A stretch of DNA of 64,000 nucleotides from Eledone cirrhosa (Eukaryota), in the NCBI GenBank assembly GCA_964016885.1, contig OZ024742.1, positions 43,276,001 to 43,340,000 on the forward strand, read 5' to 3'. The notes below the pieces were generated by a model. The model did not search any database and was not told where the DNA came from. It worked only from the letters and a program-made list of their open reading frames with translations. This document shows positions 26,026-38,384 of the stretch, one piece after another; within the stretch, counting starts at the first letter, position 1, and each line of letters opens with the position of its first letter. The position numbers and the translations under genes were made by a program.

Positions 26026-27565
26026 TTAATACGTTTGATATAAAACCACTTCTAATTTTATGATACAAAAATGTTCATTTCAAAGTCACCATCATAATAA
26101 CAAGTAAGTTAATTATATTACTAAATCTCTCCAAATTCTTGATTCAAAGTTAATTGAAAATTAAGGCAGTGTAACTCATAAGAAATATGGTAATGAATGG
26201 GTTAAGGAGCACATGACAGGACATAGTGACCAACAAAGCATTTCAGTATTGAAGGCATGGAAATCAAAGCACAACTGAGACAGATGGGACACCTTATATA
26301 CATTTCCAATGTCCGATTACCTAAGGCAGTTCTTTCTTATTTTAAGTTACAAATGGGAGTCCTACAACGGAAAAACCAAATGAATGATACAGTGATTAAC
26401 ATGGGCTTATGTTGAATCAGTGGATTTGAAAATAAGAGTGCCTGCTGTCTCTTGAAAGCATTTTGGGATCACCTGTACATACTTGGTTGCTAAGATATAG
26501 TGTAATGTAATGTATTATTACTTTGTATCTACTACCAGGCCCTGCTTCCTATGGGTTACCTTCCATTATGAAGTTAACCTATCATACCCATATGTTTCTA
26601 GTTTAGGGCATAGGGATCAGGCATATGTGAATCCCCCCCCCCCCCCCCCCCCACACACATATTCACGAAACAAACCGGGTCAGGAGGACCATTCAGTCAT
26701 GTCAAGGACATGTCAACCTCCTGTAGCAGTGATTTATACGATAAATACACCCAGTACATGCTTTAAAATAGCTGGTGATAGGTAGGGCATCCAACCATAG
26801 AAAGTTTGCCAGACAAAGGGTTGGGAGGACCATCAGTTGTGTCAAGGGCATGACAATCTCCCTAGTGTTGGGGCTTTATATGATAAACACACTCAGTGCA
26901 CACTGTAAAGTGGTTGGTGATAGGAAGAGCATCCAGCTGTAGAAATCTTGTCAAACGAAGGGTTGGGAGGACTCTCAATTATGTCAAAAGCATGACAAAC
27001 CTCTCCTGAGCACTCGGTCGAATATGAGACCATACATAAGCAAGACACAGACCCCTGCCCTGCCTGGGAGATCAGTGGCTCTGCTTCAGTACTGACTTTG
27101 TCTGTATGAACCCTTGCTAGGAGAAAAAGCATATGTTAAAACAACGCCGATGATGAAGATAATGTTCATAAATCTATGTGAATGCATATAAGTTGGCTTC
27201 TAGTTTAGGAGCGAGGTTTATGAGGGCATTGCATATACATATAGATATGCATGCTTTTAAATCTATACAGATGTACATTGTACATACATCCATAAAAGTG
27301 CATGTAGGTATGTACTTACATGGGAGAGGTAGCATGGATGCTGTCTGCCCTGGAGAGCTTATAGGTGGAACATGTCTATAGGAGGTGGGAGCTAGGAAAA
27401 CTTTCGGAGATCATGGTGACATGATGATGAGTTGAGAAGGCAATATTATCTTAAGGAAATTTGGTGCGAATAAGAAATATATGTACATGGAGAAGACTAC
27501 ATATATAAAGAAATATAACTTTTTTGATAAAATAAACTAATTATTAATGGGAATGAGTAAAAATA

Positions 27566-27615
<50 letters not shown>

Positions 27616-27819
27616 AATGTAAAAATGGAGTTAAAGACTCACGTTAATCCCCTGTAATTTAATGAGCTCAAGGTATAAGTACCGGGCTCTCCATAATATA
27701 ATATATAGAGAAGAACACACAAAAGAGTATGTTTTGAATTACGAGGATTAGAGAACCACTAGAGTGAGTGGTTCTCTAACCCTCGTAATTCAAAACACAC
27801 TCTTTTGTGTATTCTTCTC

Positions 27820-27850
<31 letters not shown>

Positions 27851-28615
27851 CCCCTCTTTCTCTCTCATCATTTTACGTCTGCTTTTCCCTGGGTGGGATG
27901 GGAACTGATTCTGGCTTGATTTCTACAGCTGGATGCCCTTCCTAACACCAACCTCATTTACAGTGAGTGCTGGGTGCTTTCTTTCCGTGGCGCCTACACG
28001 TCCACTTTACAGTGTAGGCTGGGTGCTTTTTTTGCTGTGGCACCCCCACGACCACTTTGCAGTGGAATGATAGGGACCCCAGTCCTATCATCTCATTTCT
28101 CACAGGAGATAATTATCTCCTGTGATTATTCATGTTTATTTATATGTTAATCAATTTCTAGTTATTATAAAATACTCGGACCTATTCGTTAGAATCTTAG
28201 AGCTTATTTTACGGGTGATATGGCGCATGTCTTTCTGGCATGACACCCATAATTTTGATTTAGATTAAATTCATTTTGATTTATCTTAATTTTGGATATA
28301 GATATATATATATATATATTTTAAAATAACAGATTAAAGTTTAAGCAAACTCGTACACTAATTACTTAGGGAATCAAGTTAGAATACAAGATACATATAA
28401 ATAGATATAGATGTTAATATAGAGAAGTTTGGTTGCCCTTAGAAGTGGAGCACATGGTGAGATTTGAAGTAATAAAGTTTACAATTTACATTTTACGATC
28501 AATTTAATGAGAATCTAAGGTAGCTTTCACTATTGATGGCTATTGGCTGAATACTGCTGACAGCTATCAATTATATCTGTGTATGTTTTTACGTATGTAT
28601 TTTTATATATACATA

Positions 28616-28665
<50 letters not shown>

Positions 28666-28704
28666 GGGAAGTAAGGTTCTATACAAAGCAGTGGATATAG
28701 AGAA

Positions 28705-30535
28705 AAGGTGAAGTTGGAAATAGCACGGAAAATATATTTTAGGGTCTGTTTTTCTTTTTTTTCCTTCCTTTGATTTGTCAAAGTGACATTATTGAAAAAA
28801 TGAGAGGGACAATTCTTTTAAAAAAGAGTTTTATAATGTATATAAAGTATATAAAGTATTACCGGTTTCGATGTATTATTAAAATTTATCTTATCGGATG
28901 TTGAGTATTACAATTAAAAAGAATTAATAGGAATTAAAAACTAAAAATTAAAGATTTAAAATTAAGTGTTGGAGTAAGATTTTTTCCCATCGTCCATGCT
29001 CAGAAGTGGACTAGAGAACAAGTTCTTGTGTATATATAGAGAGAGAGGTGTGTAGTCATAATAGTAGCAGCAGTGTTGGTAGTTGTGTTTCTTCATAGAA
29101 CAAAATTGTTTTTTGGTGGCAAAGGAAATATTCTGTAAATATGTGTGTGTATATCTGATTGTGTTAATTGACTGGTCAAGAGTTCAAATGGGGATGGGGA
29201 ATTGTAAGCTAGAGGCAAGTTCTATGGCAGTAGTAGGGGTGTAAAAGAAATACTATTATTGGAATATGGTTTTAGGGAGTGTGCGTATAGTGTGAGGGTG
29301 TATATATATAACAATACACGTGTGTGTGGGGGAAGGGGGTCCAGCCTGTCTGTCACAGGTCCCTTTGTGGTGGGAAATTAAAAAAATTTTTTTAATAAAA
29401 AAAAACAAAAAAAAACAGCAGTGTATCAGTAGTGGCTCTCAAACAGGAACTTCTGGAATGAGTAATTTTCTCTCTCTTATTTTGTGGTGGGGGGTGGGGG
29501 GTGTCTAATGGGAGTGATTACGTATTTAATTTTGGTTTAAATTTGTTAATAAATAGTTTTTCTATATTTATTCTTTGTTGTTGAGTGAAAGAATCGGAGC
29601 ACTTGTAAAGGGGGAAGATTTTCAAGTTGGGTAGATGTGTGGGGGGGGGGGGGGGGGGAGGTTCAGCCTGTCTGTCACAGGTCCCTTTGTGGTGGGAAAT
29701 TAAAAAAATTTAAAAAGCAAAACACACAAATTTTCATCAACCCAACAATCCAAAGCACACAACCACAAACAATACCTTACCAGAAACACTGAAATGTTCG
29801 ACCTCCTACACAAAAACCTCCCCATTCTATTTAAAGATGAAAAAAATCCTAGAAACACACAAGATCATTAAAAGCAAAAGGCAACCAAAATCACTAAAAC
29901 ACATTCTCACTGGAACAAAGATACACAAACCAATCTCCAACCTTACGGTAACAGAATGCGGAAGAACAAACTGGAACATGCCTATACTTAATTGAAGGAC
30001 AAAAATTCATGTTTAAAGATGGCCAAATTTTCACAGTGAAAAACAACTTCACTTGCAACTTGGAGAACTTGATTTACGTAATCACATATGGTTGCTGTCG
30101 ACATAACTATATAGGACAGATGGGGGTGTTGTTACGCAAAAGAATGACCATCCATTGCCAACAAATCCGAGACATAAACACAAAAAAATTCCCTTAAGTA
30201 GCCACATTGCAGATTGTGTAGGAATGACTCTACCCAACTTGAAAATCTCCCCCCTTTACAAGTGCTCCGATTCTTTCACTCAACAACAAAGAATAAATAT
30301 AGAAAAACTATTTATTAACAAATTTAAACCAAAATTAAATACGTAATCACTCCCATTAGACCCCCCCAGCCCCCACCCCCACCCCCACCCCACATATACA
30401 TTATAAAATTCTTTTTTAAAAGAATTACCCCTCCCATTTTTTCAATAATGTCACTTTGACGAATCAAAGAAAGGAAAAAAAAGAAAAAACAGGCCCTAAA
30501 ATATATTATCCGTGCTATTTCCAACTTCCAACTTC

Positions 30536-30540
<5 letters not shown>
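28705..30540 (+). mobile_element. Rearranged Penelope-like element 3' fragment (GIY-YIG) with inverted duplications
   Basis: FTC..ENLIYVI...C...YIGQ....LRKRM..H and E..FINKFKPKLN. 29480-29635 is the reverse complement of ~30228-30390; 28705-28845 is the reverse complement of ~30395-30540. Confidence 0.8.
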
Positions 30541-30614
<74 letters not shown>

Positions 30615-30634
30615 TATTTCATGATGATACACAG

Positions 30635-30735
30635 GTGTTGTAACTCTATCGGACATCAACAAGATGGCAGCACAAAGTATGAAAGACATCTCAAGTGATG
30701 ATGATATGTCTGAAAGTGAAGATCCTGACCTTTTG
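30635..30735 (+). CDS. CC2D1: CC2D1 exon 3 (GVVTLSDINKMAAQSMKDISSDDDMSESEDPDLL)
   Basis: acag acceptor, TTG|GTATG donor. I.KM...SM.D...DPDLL matches Lgd/CC2D1. Phase 1/0 fits its neighbours. Confidence 0.88.
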
Positions 30736-32262
30736 GTATGTCAACCATTCTTTTATTCTCTTCTGTTATTGGTTTTAGTCTGTGGACTATGGTCATGCTG
30801 TAACACCATTCCTAAGGCTTTTGGTTGAGTATTTCAACATTAATACTTAGTCTGGTATATATTTTATCAATCCCTGTATATTAGAAACAAATTGGTAGAC
30901 TCATAAGAATCTCAGGTAGAATGTTTTGCAGTATTTGTTCCAGCTCTCTGCACTCTGAGTTTGAATTCTGCTGAGGTCAATTTTGCCTTTCATCCTTTCA
31001 AGGTTGATAAAAAATGTACCTGTCTAGTACTGGGGTTGATTCTTTCACTATATCTTTCTCACTTCCTCTCTCTTATTCTCTCCATCTCTGGAAGAAGTCA
31101 GCTTTGTTCAGATCTGGAGAGGGATGGGCTTCCCCAGGTTTTAAATAGCCAAAATGATCTGTATGTCAAAACAACATTCCTACAACTCCATCGTGAATTA
31201 TGGGTTTATACATACATATATTGGAATGTACATTGCTTAGTAGTTAAGGTACTGGGCTTATGATCATGAGTTCAGTTCTTGAACCATGTGACACATTGTG
31301 TCCTTGAGCAAGATACTTTATTTTATGTGACTTCAGTCCATTCAATTGGAAAAAAATGAGTTGTGATGATACTGGTACCAAGCTGTAACAGCATTTGCCT
31401 TTCCCTTAGACAATATTTGGGTCATGGAGAGAAATTTGCCATCATGGGTTATTGCTGGTTTTCCACAAAACCCCTACCTAGGATTTGGCCTTTGTGAGGC
31501 AAACCCACAGTCATTCAATCATGGGTGCATAACATATGGCCAGTCACGTCTGAAGAGAGTTCTTTCTCTCCTATATTTTGAATGACCATGTCCACTTTTG
31601 ATGTAATGGGGTGTGTCTCAAAAATTGTAATTTTGTTTGATGGATTCACATGCACCAATTTGCCTACCAAATTACATTAGTAAACTTTAGGGTATGATAG
31701 AAGACTCTTGTCTAATATTCTATGCAATGGGATTGAACCTAGAACCATGGGACTGCAAAATAAACTTAACCACACAGTTATGCCTATATTTGAAATGCAT
31801 AAATTTTAATTTTAATTTTGATGACAGGGCATTTGTAGTAATAACAGGTTATTTTTTTAATACTATAAATATAATAGTGCTGTAGCAAGGTCATAGCTTG
31901 ATGACTAAAACAAAGTAAGGAGGAGTGATTCTCAACCTTGTTCTTCTTTACACTTGTGTTCTTGAGCAAGACTCTTTATTTCATGTTGCTCCAGTCCACT
32001 CAGCTAGCAAATACGAGTTGCATCTGTAATTAAAAGGGACAGACTTGTCACACACTGTATCATGCTGAATCATCCTGAGAACTATGTTAAAGGTGCACAT
32101 GTCTGCAATGCTTAGTCACTTGCATGTTAATTTCATAAGCAGGCTGTACTATTGTTGTAACAATTGGAATACTTGTCGTCAGAACTGACACAGTCAACAC
32201 ACACACATGTTTATATTCTTGTGAAATGGTTCTTTCATATGTTGTTATCATATCTTTTTCAG

Positions 32263-32490
32263 AGGGAACTCAATGAGTTAATGGATGACAAACCTCCACC
32301 AAGGCCTGCTCCAGCAATACCAGTGCCCACACAGCGACTCCCAGTTTCAAGACCAGACGTTCAACCTCAGCCATCCAGTTCATCTTCAGACCCTGCCACA
32401 CTACTAAAAGAACGGCTTTCCATGTACAATAATGCTCTGTCCAATACAGTTGAACCAAGTAAAAAGAGAAGGCTGACCAGAGGAATTAAA
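32263..32490 (+). CDS. CC2D1: CC2D1 exon 4, start of DM14 repeat 1 (RELNELM...LLKERLSMYNNAL...SKKRRLTRGIK)
   Basis: tttcag acceptor, GTAAG donor, 228 nt, phase 0/0. L.ERL.MY..A...K.RR..RG.K is the DM14 signature. Confidence 0.92.
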
Positions 32491-32905
32491 GTAAGGAGCA
32501 ATATATTAGAGAAATACTTCCATTTGTTGGCATACTTGCTTAACCCTTTTGATACCAAATAGCATGAAGCTATATGAAGATTATATGATGCAAAATTTTG
32601 TTTTAAAATGTTTATATGATTACAATCCTGTTATACACTATCATTCAGACACTATAAAACAGATGATGATGATTATTATTATTATTGGATTGGCAGAATA
32701 CTTACAGTGTCAGCCAAATTCCACCAAGGTCAACGTTGCCTTATATCGTTTCAGGTCTGATATAATAAGTACCAGTCAAATACTGGAGTCGATATAATAA
32801 ACTTTCCCTTCCCCATAAATTGTTGACCTTGTGCCTAAATCAGAAACCATTATTATTATTGTTGTTATAATAAATACTTTTATGTTAACTTCTACTGTTT
32901 TATAG

Positions 32906-33062
32906 ACATTAGAAGACTTATTAAAAGATGCCAAAGCAGGCCATACAATAGCAGAGGATTCTATCCCACCTCCTGTCTCTGTTCGAAAGAAAGGACCATC
33001 TACAGTTAACGTGGAAGATCAACCAACTCCTTCAGAAGTTCTAAAACCTACATGCGAGAGAA
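32906..33062 (+). CDS. CC2D1: CC2D1 exon 5 (TLEDLLKDAKAGHTIAEDSIPPPVSV...)
   Basis: tatag acceptor. TL..LL....AG..I....IPPPV ends DM14 repeat 1. Donor A|GTGTGT was chosen for phase 1, so the 3' end is less certain. Confidence 0.85.
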
Positions 33063-33609
33063 GTGTGTATTACCTTGTGTATTTTTGTATTCTTACAGTT
33101 TTCTTCAGTAAAAGTTTTCTAAATACCAGACATTGATTGGCCATTTCCTTTTTGTACTGATTGCCATTGATACCTCTGGTATCCTTGGGTCCTTGGACAG
33201 CCGTTTTCCTCTGTTAAAATTGAGAGGAGGGCAGTGTATCTAAAAAAGGTGGAAAACAGCAGGTATTGCTGGCTGTTCTTCATGACTGCTTTCATCACCT
33301 TTTTTAGTGGGGCTCAGCTGAGATATACCATCCAGCCAAGTGTGTGGAGTTTGCTGCCCTTTTGTATTTTATTCCCTCCCTTCTTTTTTTTCTTTTATTC
33401 TTTCTATCTGTTTGTAAATACAGGATGACCCCAGGCAATATTCATTAGAATGCTGTTGAAGTGTGTATACATTTTTGGGGGACACCCTGTATATACAGTT
33501 GAATATGAAATTTTCAATCAATAAACTTTTAAACAAAGAAATTGTTTGTTGTGTACAGCCAGGTGAAGCTGCACTTCCTGTTACTTATTTACAGCTTAGA
33601 TTCTACCAT

Positions 33610-33653
<44 letters not shown>

Positions 33654-34305
33654 ATATATGAAGTTGGCATTAGGAAGGGCATCCAGCCATAGAAACCAAG
33701 CCAAAATCAGTTGTGTGAGCAAAACATGGTCCTCTGACCTGGATCTCTCACAATAGGACAGCTTGTCCTACTTATGCTAGCATGAAAAATGGACGTTAAA
33801 TGAAGCCCATTTGATGGACTGTTCCTGCAATTCAAAGGGCCATCTTCATCACATTGAAACTTTCTGAGAATTACATTAAGGGTACATTTGTCTGAAGAAT
33901 AGTGAACCACTTGCACATTAATTTTATGAGCAGGCTGTTCTGTTAATTGAATGACTGAAATACTCATTGAAATAGCAGTCCATTCCATTTCTTTATATAG
34001 TAAGGTCAGACTGCACCTTTACATGATAATTATATACTGTTAAGTGAACTATACTATACTTTCCCATGGTCTCTTATTAACTGCTCAGTGGACTATAATC
34101 TGATGGAACTTATATATTCAGCGAGGTTAGAGTGTACCTTTTCTTATTAGACCCATATATACAGCTAGATCAGAGTGAACACTCTCATGGTACTAATATA
34201 AACAGCTAGGTCAGAATATTTCTTCACATAGTACCTATATATATATAGAATAAAAGAATATCTATTGATTACATGTTGATGACTAACATTTTTACATACT
34301 TCCAG

Positions 34306-34587
34306 CTAATGTTCAAAGACAAGAAGAGTCTCCAATTAGAAGTGCTGCTCCTGTCCTTCCCCCAAGGAAAGTAGTTCAGAGTCCTTCTCACAATTTACCA
34401 CCTGCTGGATCTGTCTCCGTACTCCCACCACTGCCTCCAAAGCCTTCGCATGGTTCATGCAGTCCAGTAAAGCCATTATCATCATCATCTTCTCCAATGC
34501 CTGCTGCTCATATGTTTCCACCTCCACAGCAGCCGAGTACAATGAAAGCTGATCAGATGAAACATCTGATCCAAGAATCTTCCCAAG
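34306..34587 (+). CDS. CC2D1: CC2D1 exon 6, Pro/Ser-rich linker
   Basis: ttccag acceptor with upstream ctaac branch-like motif. 282 nt open in phase 1/1 (NVQRQEESPIRSAAPVLPPRK...LIQESSQ). The donor G|GTCTG is weak. Confidence 0.75.
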
Positions 34588-34767
34588 GTCTGCCTCTTTT
34601 CTTCTTTTTGATTTTGTTTTCTTTTAAAATATTTATCATAATTTCTACTAGTTTTATTTTCTTTTGTCTTCATTTTTTTAATCAATATGATGATAACAAT
34701 AATCTAAATGAACATCGTATATGAAGCTCAAACTTTTCAACTTACTTTTCAAAGCTCTGAGAGAATA

Positions 34768-35381
34768 TAAAGTTAATGGAAAATGTAGTATGCTCAGGAG
34801 TAGAAAATAATTGTAAATACAGTCAGTTGCTATAAATAGCTTATTAAATAGAGTAAAGATCTTTAGAGATGGAAAAAAAGTTGCCAGCAGCTGCAATGAA
34901 CGATTGAACCTCATATTTCTAATACAGACAGCGTGTTCTTGACATTAAGCTAAGGGACCTTTGATAACATCTTGCTGTCTGAAATAGAGAGCTGAATCTA
35001 ACAGCTTGGAAAATGCAAACAAACATGTACAAAGCTCAAGTTAATGAAGTACCAAAAAGATATAAAATTTATAGAAAATGTAATATGGTTAGGTGCAGAA
35101 AATAACTGTAAATACACTGAGTTGTTATAAAATAGAGTAAAGACTCTTAGAGAGCTTTTAGATTCAGCTCCCTAATTCAGACAGTAAGATATTTTCAGAG
35201 GTTCCTTATCTCAACGTCTAGAGAACTCTGTAAGTCTTTGAAAGATATGAAGTTTAATCCCTTATAGCAACTGCTGACAACTTCTTTTTCCATCTCTAAG
35301 AGTCTTTACCCTATTTTATAGCAACCAACTGTACTTACAGTTATTTTCTGCATCTGAACCTACTACATTTTCTATAAACTT
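34768..35381. repeat. ~300-nt unit repeated in tandem and then inverted (fold-back)
   Basis: 34768-35006 is the imperfect reverse complement of 35153-35381. 35065-35150 repeats 34768-34870 directly. Confidence 0.7.
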
Positions 35382-36215
35382 AATAATAATAATTGTTTCT
35401 ACTTTTGGCACAAGGCCAGCAAATACCCAGTGCATAGCTGGTACTTTATTTTATCGACTCCGTAAGGATGAAAGGCAAAGTTAACCTCGGCGGAATTTGA
35501 ACTCAGAATGGCAAGGGCCGTAACTCTATGCGTCAAAGCATGGTGTCCGACCCTCTACCGATACTGCCAATCCACAAACTTAATAATAATAATAATAGTT
35601 TCTAATTTCGGCAAAAGATCAGGAGCAATTGGGTGGGGAAATGAAAAGCCAATTACATCAATCACAGTATTTGACTGGTACAGAAAGCTGAAAAGCAAAG
35701 TTGACATCAGAATTTAACTTAGAATGTAAAAAGCTGGAACAAATACTGCAAAGCATTTAATCTGATGCTCTAATGATTCTGCCAATCCACTGTCCTCGAT
35801 TTCTAACATATATATATATATATCATCATCATCATCATCATTTTACGTTCACTTTTCCCTGCTTGCGCGGGTGGGACGGGAACTGATTCTGGCTTAATTT
35901 CTACAGCTGGATGCCCTTCCTAACACCAACCTCATTTACAGTGAGTGCTGGGTGCTTTCTTTCCGTGGCGCCTACACGTCCACTTTACAGTGTGGGCTGG
36001 GTGCTTTTTTGCCGTGGCACCTCCACGACCACTTTGCAGTGGAATGATAGGGACACCAGTCCTATCATCTCATTTCTACAGCTGAGTAAACTGGAGCAAT
36101 GTGAAATAAAGTGTCTTGCTCAAGGAAACAACACATCACCCAGTCTGAGAATTGAACTCACAACCTTTCGATTGCAAGGCCAATGCTCTAACCACTAAAC
36201 CATGTGCCTATATAT

Positions 36216-38372
36216 ATCATCATCATCATCATCATCATCATCGTTTAACGTCCGTGTTCCATGCTTGCATGCGTTTGGACGGGAGTTTTCCCACTTGAGG
36301 CAAGAGTGGTTGTCTTGCTCGCATAGGACTGTCTGGCGGGTTTTCTACAGTTGGATGCCCTTCCTAACACCAACCACATTTACAGTGTGTGGCTGGGAGG
36401 TTTTTACCGTGTTGCCTACACGGCCACATTACAGCGTCGACTGTCTGGCAGGTTTTCTACAGCTGGATGCCCTTCCTAACACCAACCACATTTACAGTGT
36501 GGGACTGGGACGTTTTTACCGTGTTGCCTACACAGTCACATTACAGCGTGGACTGTGTGTTTTTTTTTCGTGACACCTACACAATCTCATTTGTTTCGGC
36601 CTGAATTTTGTGGCACCAACATAACTTTACATTGAAAGGGGCGGTGTGGATGGGGTGGGGGTGGTGGGACGGGGTGTATTTTGTTAGAGATGCCTACTGA
36701 CTGTAGTAGGTTTAACTTTGTATTTAGGTAACGCGGGTCTTCTCTGTTACTGAGTACCGCCAAAGGTCTCGATCCAGTGACATTGTCTTGGAGAGGTGTC
36801 AGTGTGTGAGGTCGGAATTTATCAGCTCGTCCCAGGTTTTTCTGGGTCTGCCTACTCCGTGGCTACCATCTATCTTTATTGCCCTGCACTTTGTTATACA
36901 GCTGTCGTCTTTCATGCGCATCACGTGACCATACCAACGTAGCTTTCTCTCGAGTAAACAACATCTGATCCCTCTTATTTCTAATTTTTTCCTTAGTTCG
37001 TTTATGCTTTGCCGTTCGCGTATGTTACTATTACACATCCGCGGAGCATGCAAGCTTCGTTCCTCTCTAGTCTGCGTATATCCTCTGCACACAATGCCCA
37101 GGTCTCACTGCCATGCAACATTGCTGTTCGTATGCAGGCATCATACAACCTGCCTTTCACTTTTAGGGAGAACCCTTTAGCGGCTAATAGTGGTATAAGC
37201 TCTCTGAACTTTTTCCATCCAGTTCTGACTCTAGCTACTGTACTTTCGGAGCACCCTCCCTCACTGCTGATTTTGTCACCCAGGTAACGGAAGCTGTCCA
37301 CTATTTCTATAGAACCCTCTGCGCAGTTGAAAGAGCTAGTATTCTGTGGGCACTTGCTGCTACTTATTGCACCAGAGCACCGGCCACATGTAAAATCTGT
37401 GTTCTTAGTTAGCTTACCTGTGATCCCACTACATCTTTTATGCACCCATACTTTGGATTTGGGACATAAAATGGAGTTTCTGCCTACGCCTTTCCTACAC
37501 ACTGAGCATGGCCATTTCCCGGAAGGGACCGGCGCCTTATTTTCTTTCCTACAAACTAGAACTTTAGTCTTAGCCATGTTAATTTTAAGGCCTTTTGATT
37601 CTAGGCCGTGCTTCCATGTTTGGAATTTCTTCTCTAGCTCGGCCATTGATTCAGCTATGAGCGTTAGGTCATCTGCGTATAGGAGTTCCCATGGGCAGCC
37701 GGTCTTGAACTCCTCTGTTATAGCCTGAAGAGCAATAATGAATAGTAGGGGGCTAAGAACAGAGCCCTGATGGACACCAACTTTTACGCTAAACTCTTCA
37801 CTATATTCGTTGTTAATTCTAACCTTGCTCACTGTTTCTTTATACATGGCTTGTATAGCTCTCACAAGCCATTCGTCAACACCTAGTTTTCTAAGAGCCC
37901 ACCAGATAATGGAACGGGGGACTCTGTCGAAGGCTTTCTCCAAGTCGACAAAGGCTAAGTATAGGGGTTTACTTTTAGCTAGGTACTTCTCCTGTAGTTG
38001 TCGTACAATGAAAAAAGCGTCTGTGGTACTTTTGCCTGACACAAACCCGAACTGCATTTCATCTAGATCGATTCTCTCTCTGATTAGTTGCACTATTACT
38101 TTTTCCGTGACCTTCATGACCTGGTCGATTAATTTGATCCCTCTATAGTTACTCCTATCTAGGGCGTCTCCTTTACCCTTGTAACAGTTAATGATGATGC
38201 TGCTACGCCAGTCCTTCGGAACAACCCCATTCTGTATGACTTGGTTTACTATCCGGGTGACCATGGTGTGTCCCACCGTTCCAGAGGCCTTCAGCATCTC
38301 AGCGACTATTTCCGAAGGCCCAGCCGCCTTACCCGTCTTCATATCTTTGATCGCCTTACTTATACTACTTTC
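36216..38372 (-). mobile_element. RTE family A (young subfamily), 5'-truncated
   Basis: ORF 37002-38420 has a complete RT core (FVDLEKAFD, GVHQGS.LSP, LYADD) and one late frameshift. (GAT)n tail, (TA)n at both ends. Confidence 0.95.
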
Positions 38373-38384
38373 ATATATATATAT

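Noticed and set aside
35390-35575. tRNA genes (box A/B motifs here and in many similar copies)
   Set aside because: No cloverleaf is evident, and the motifs continue into a SINE core and (ATT)n tail.
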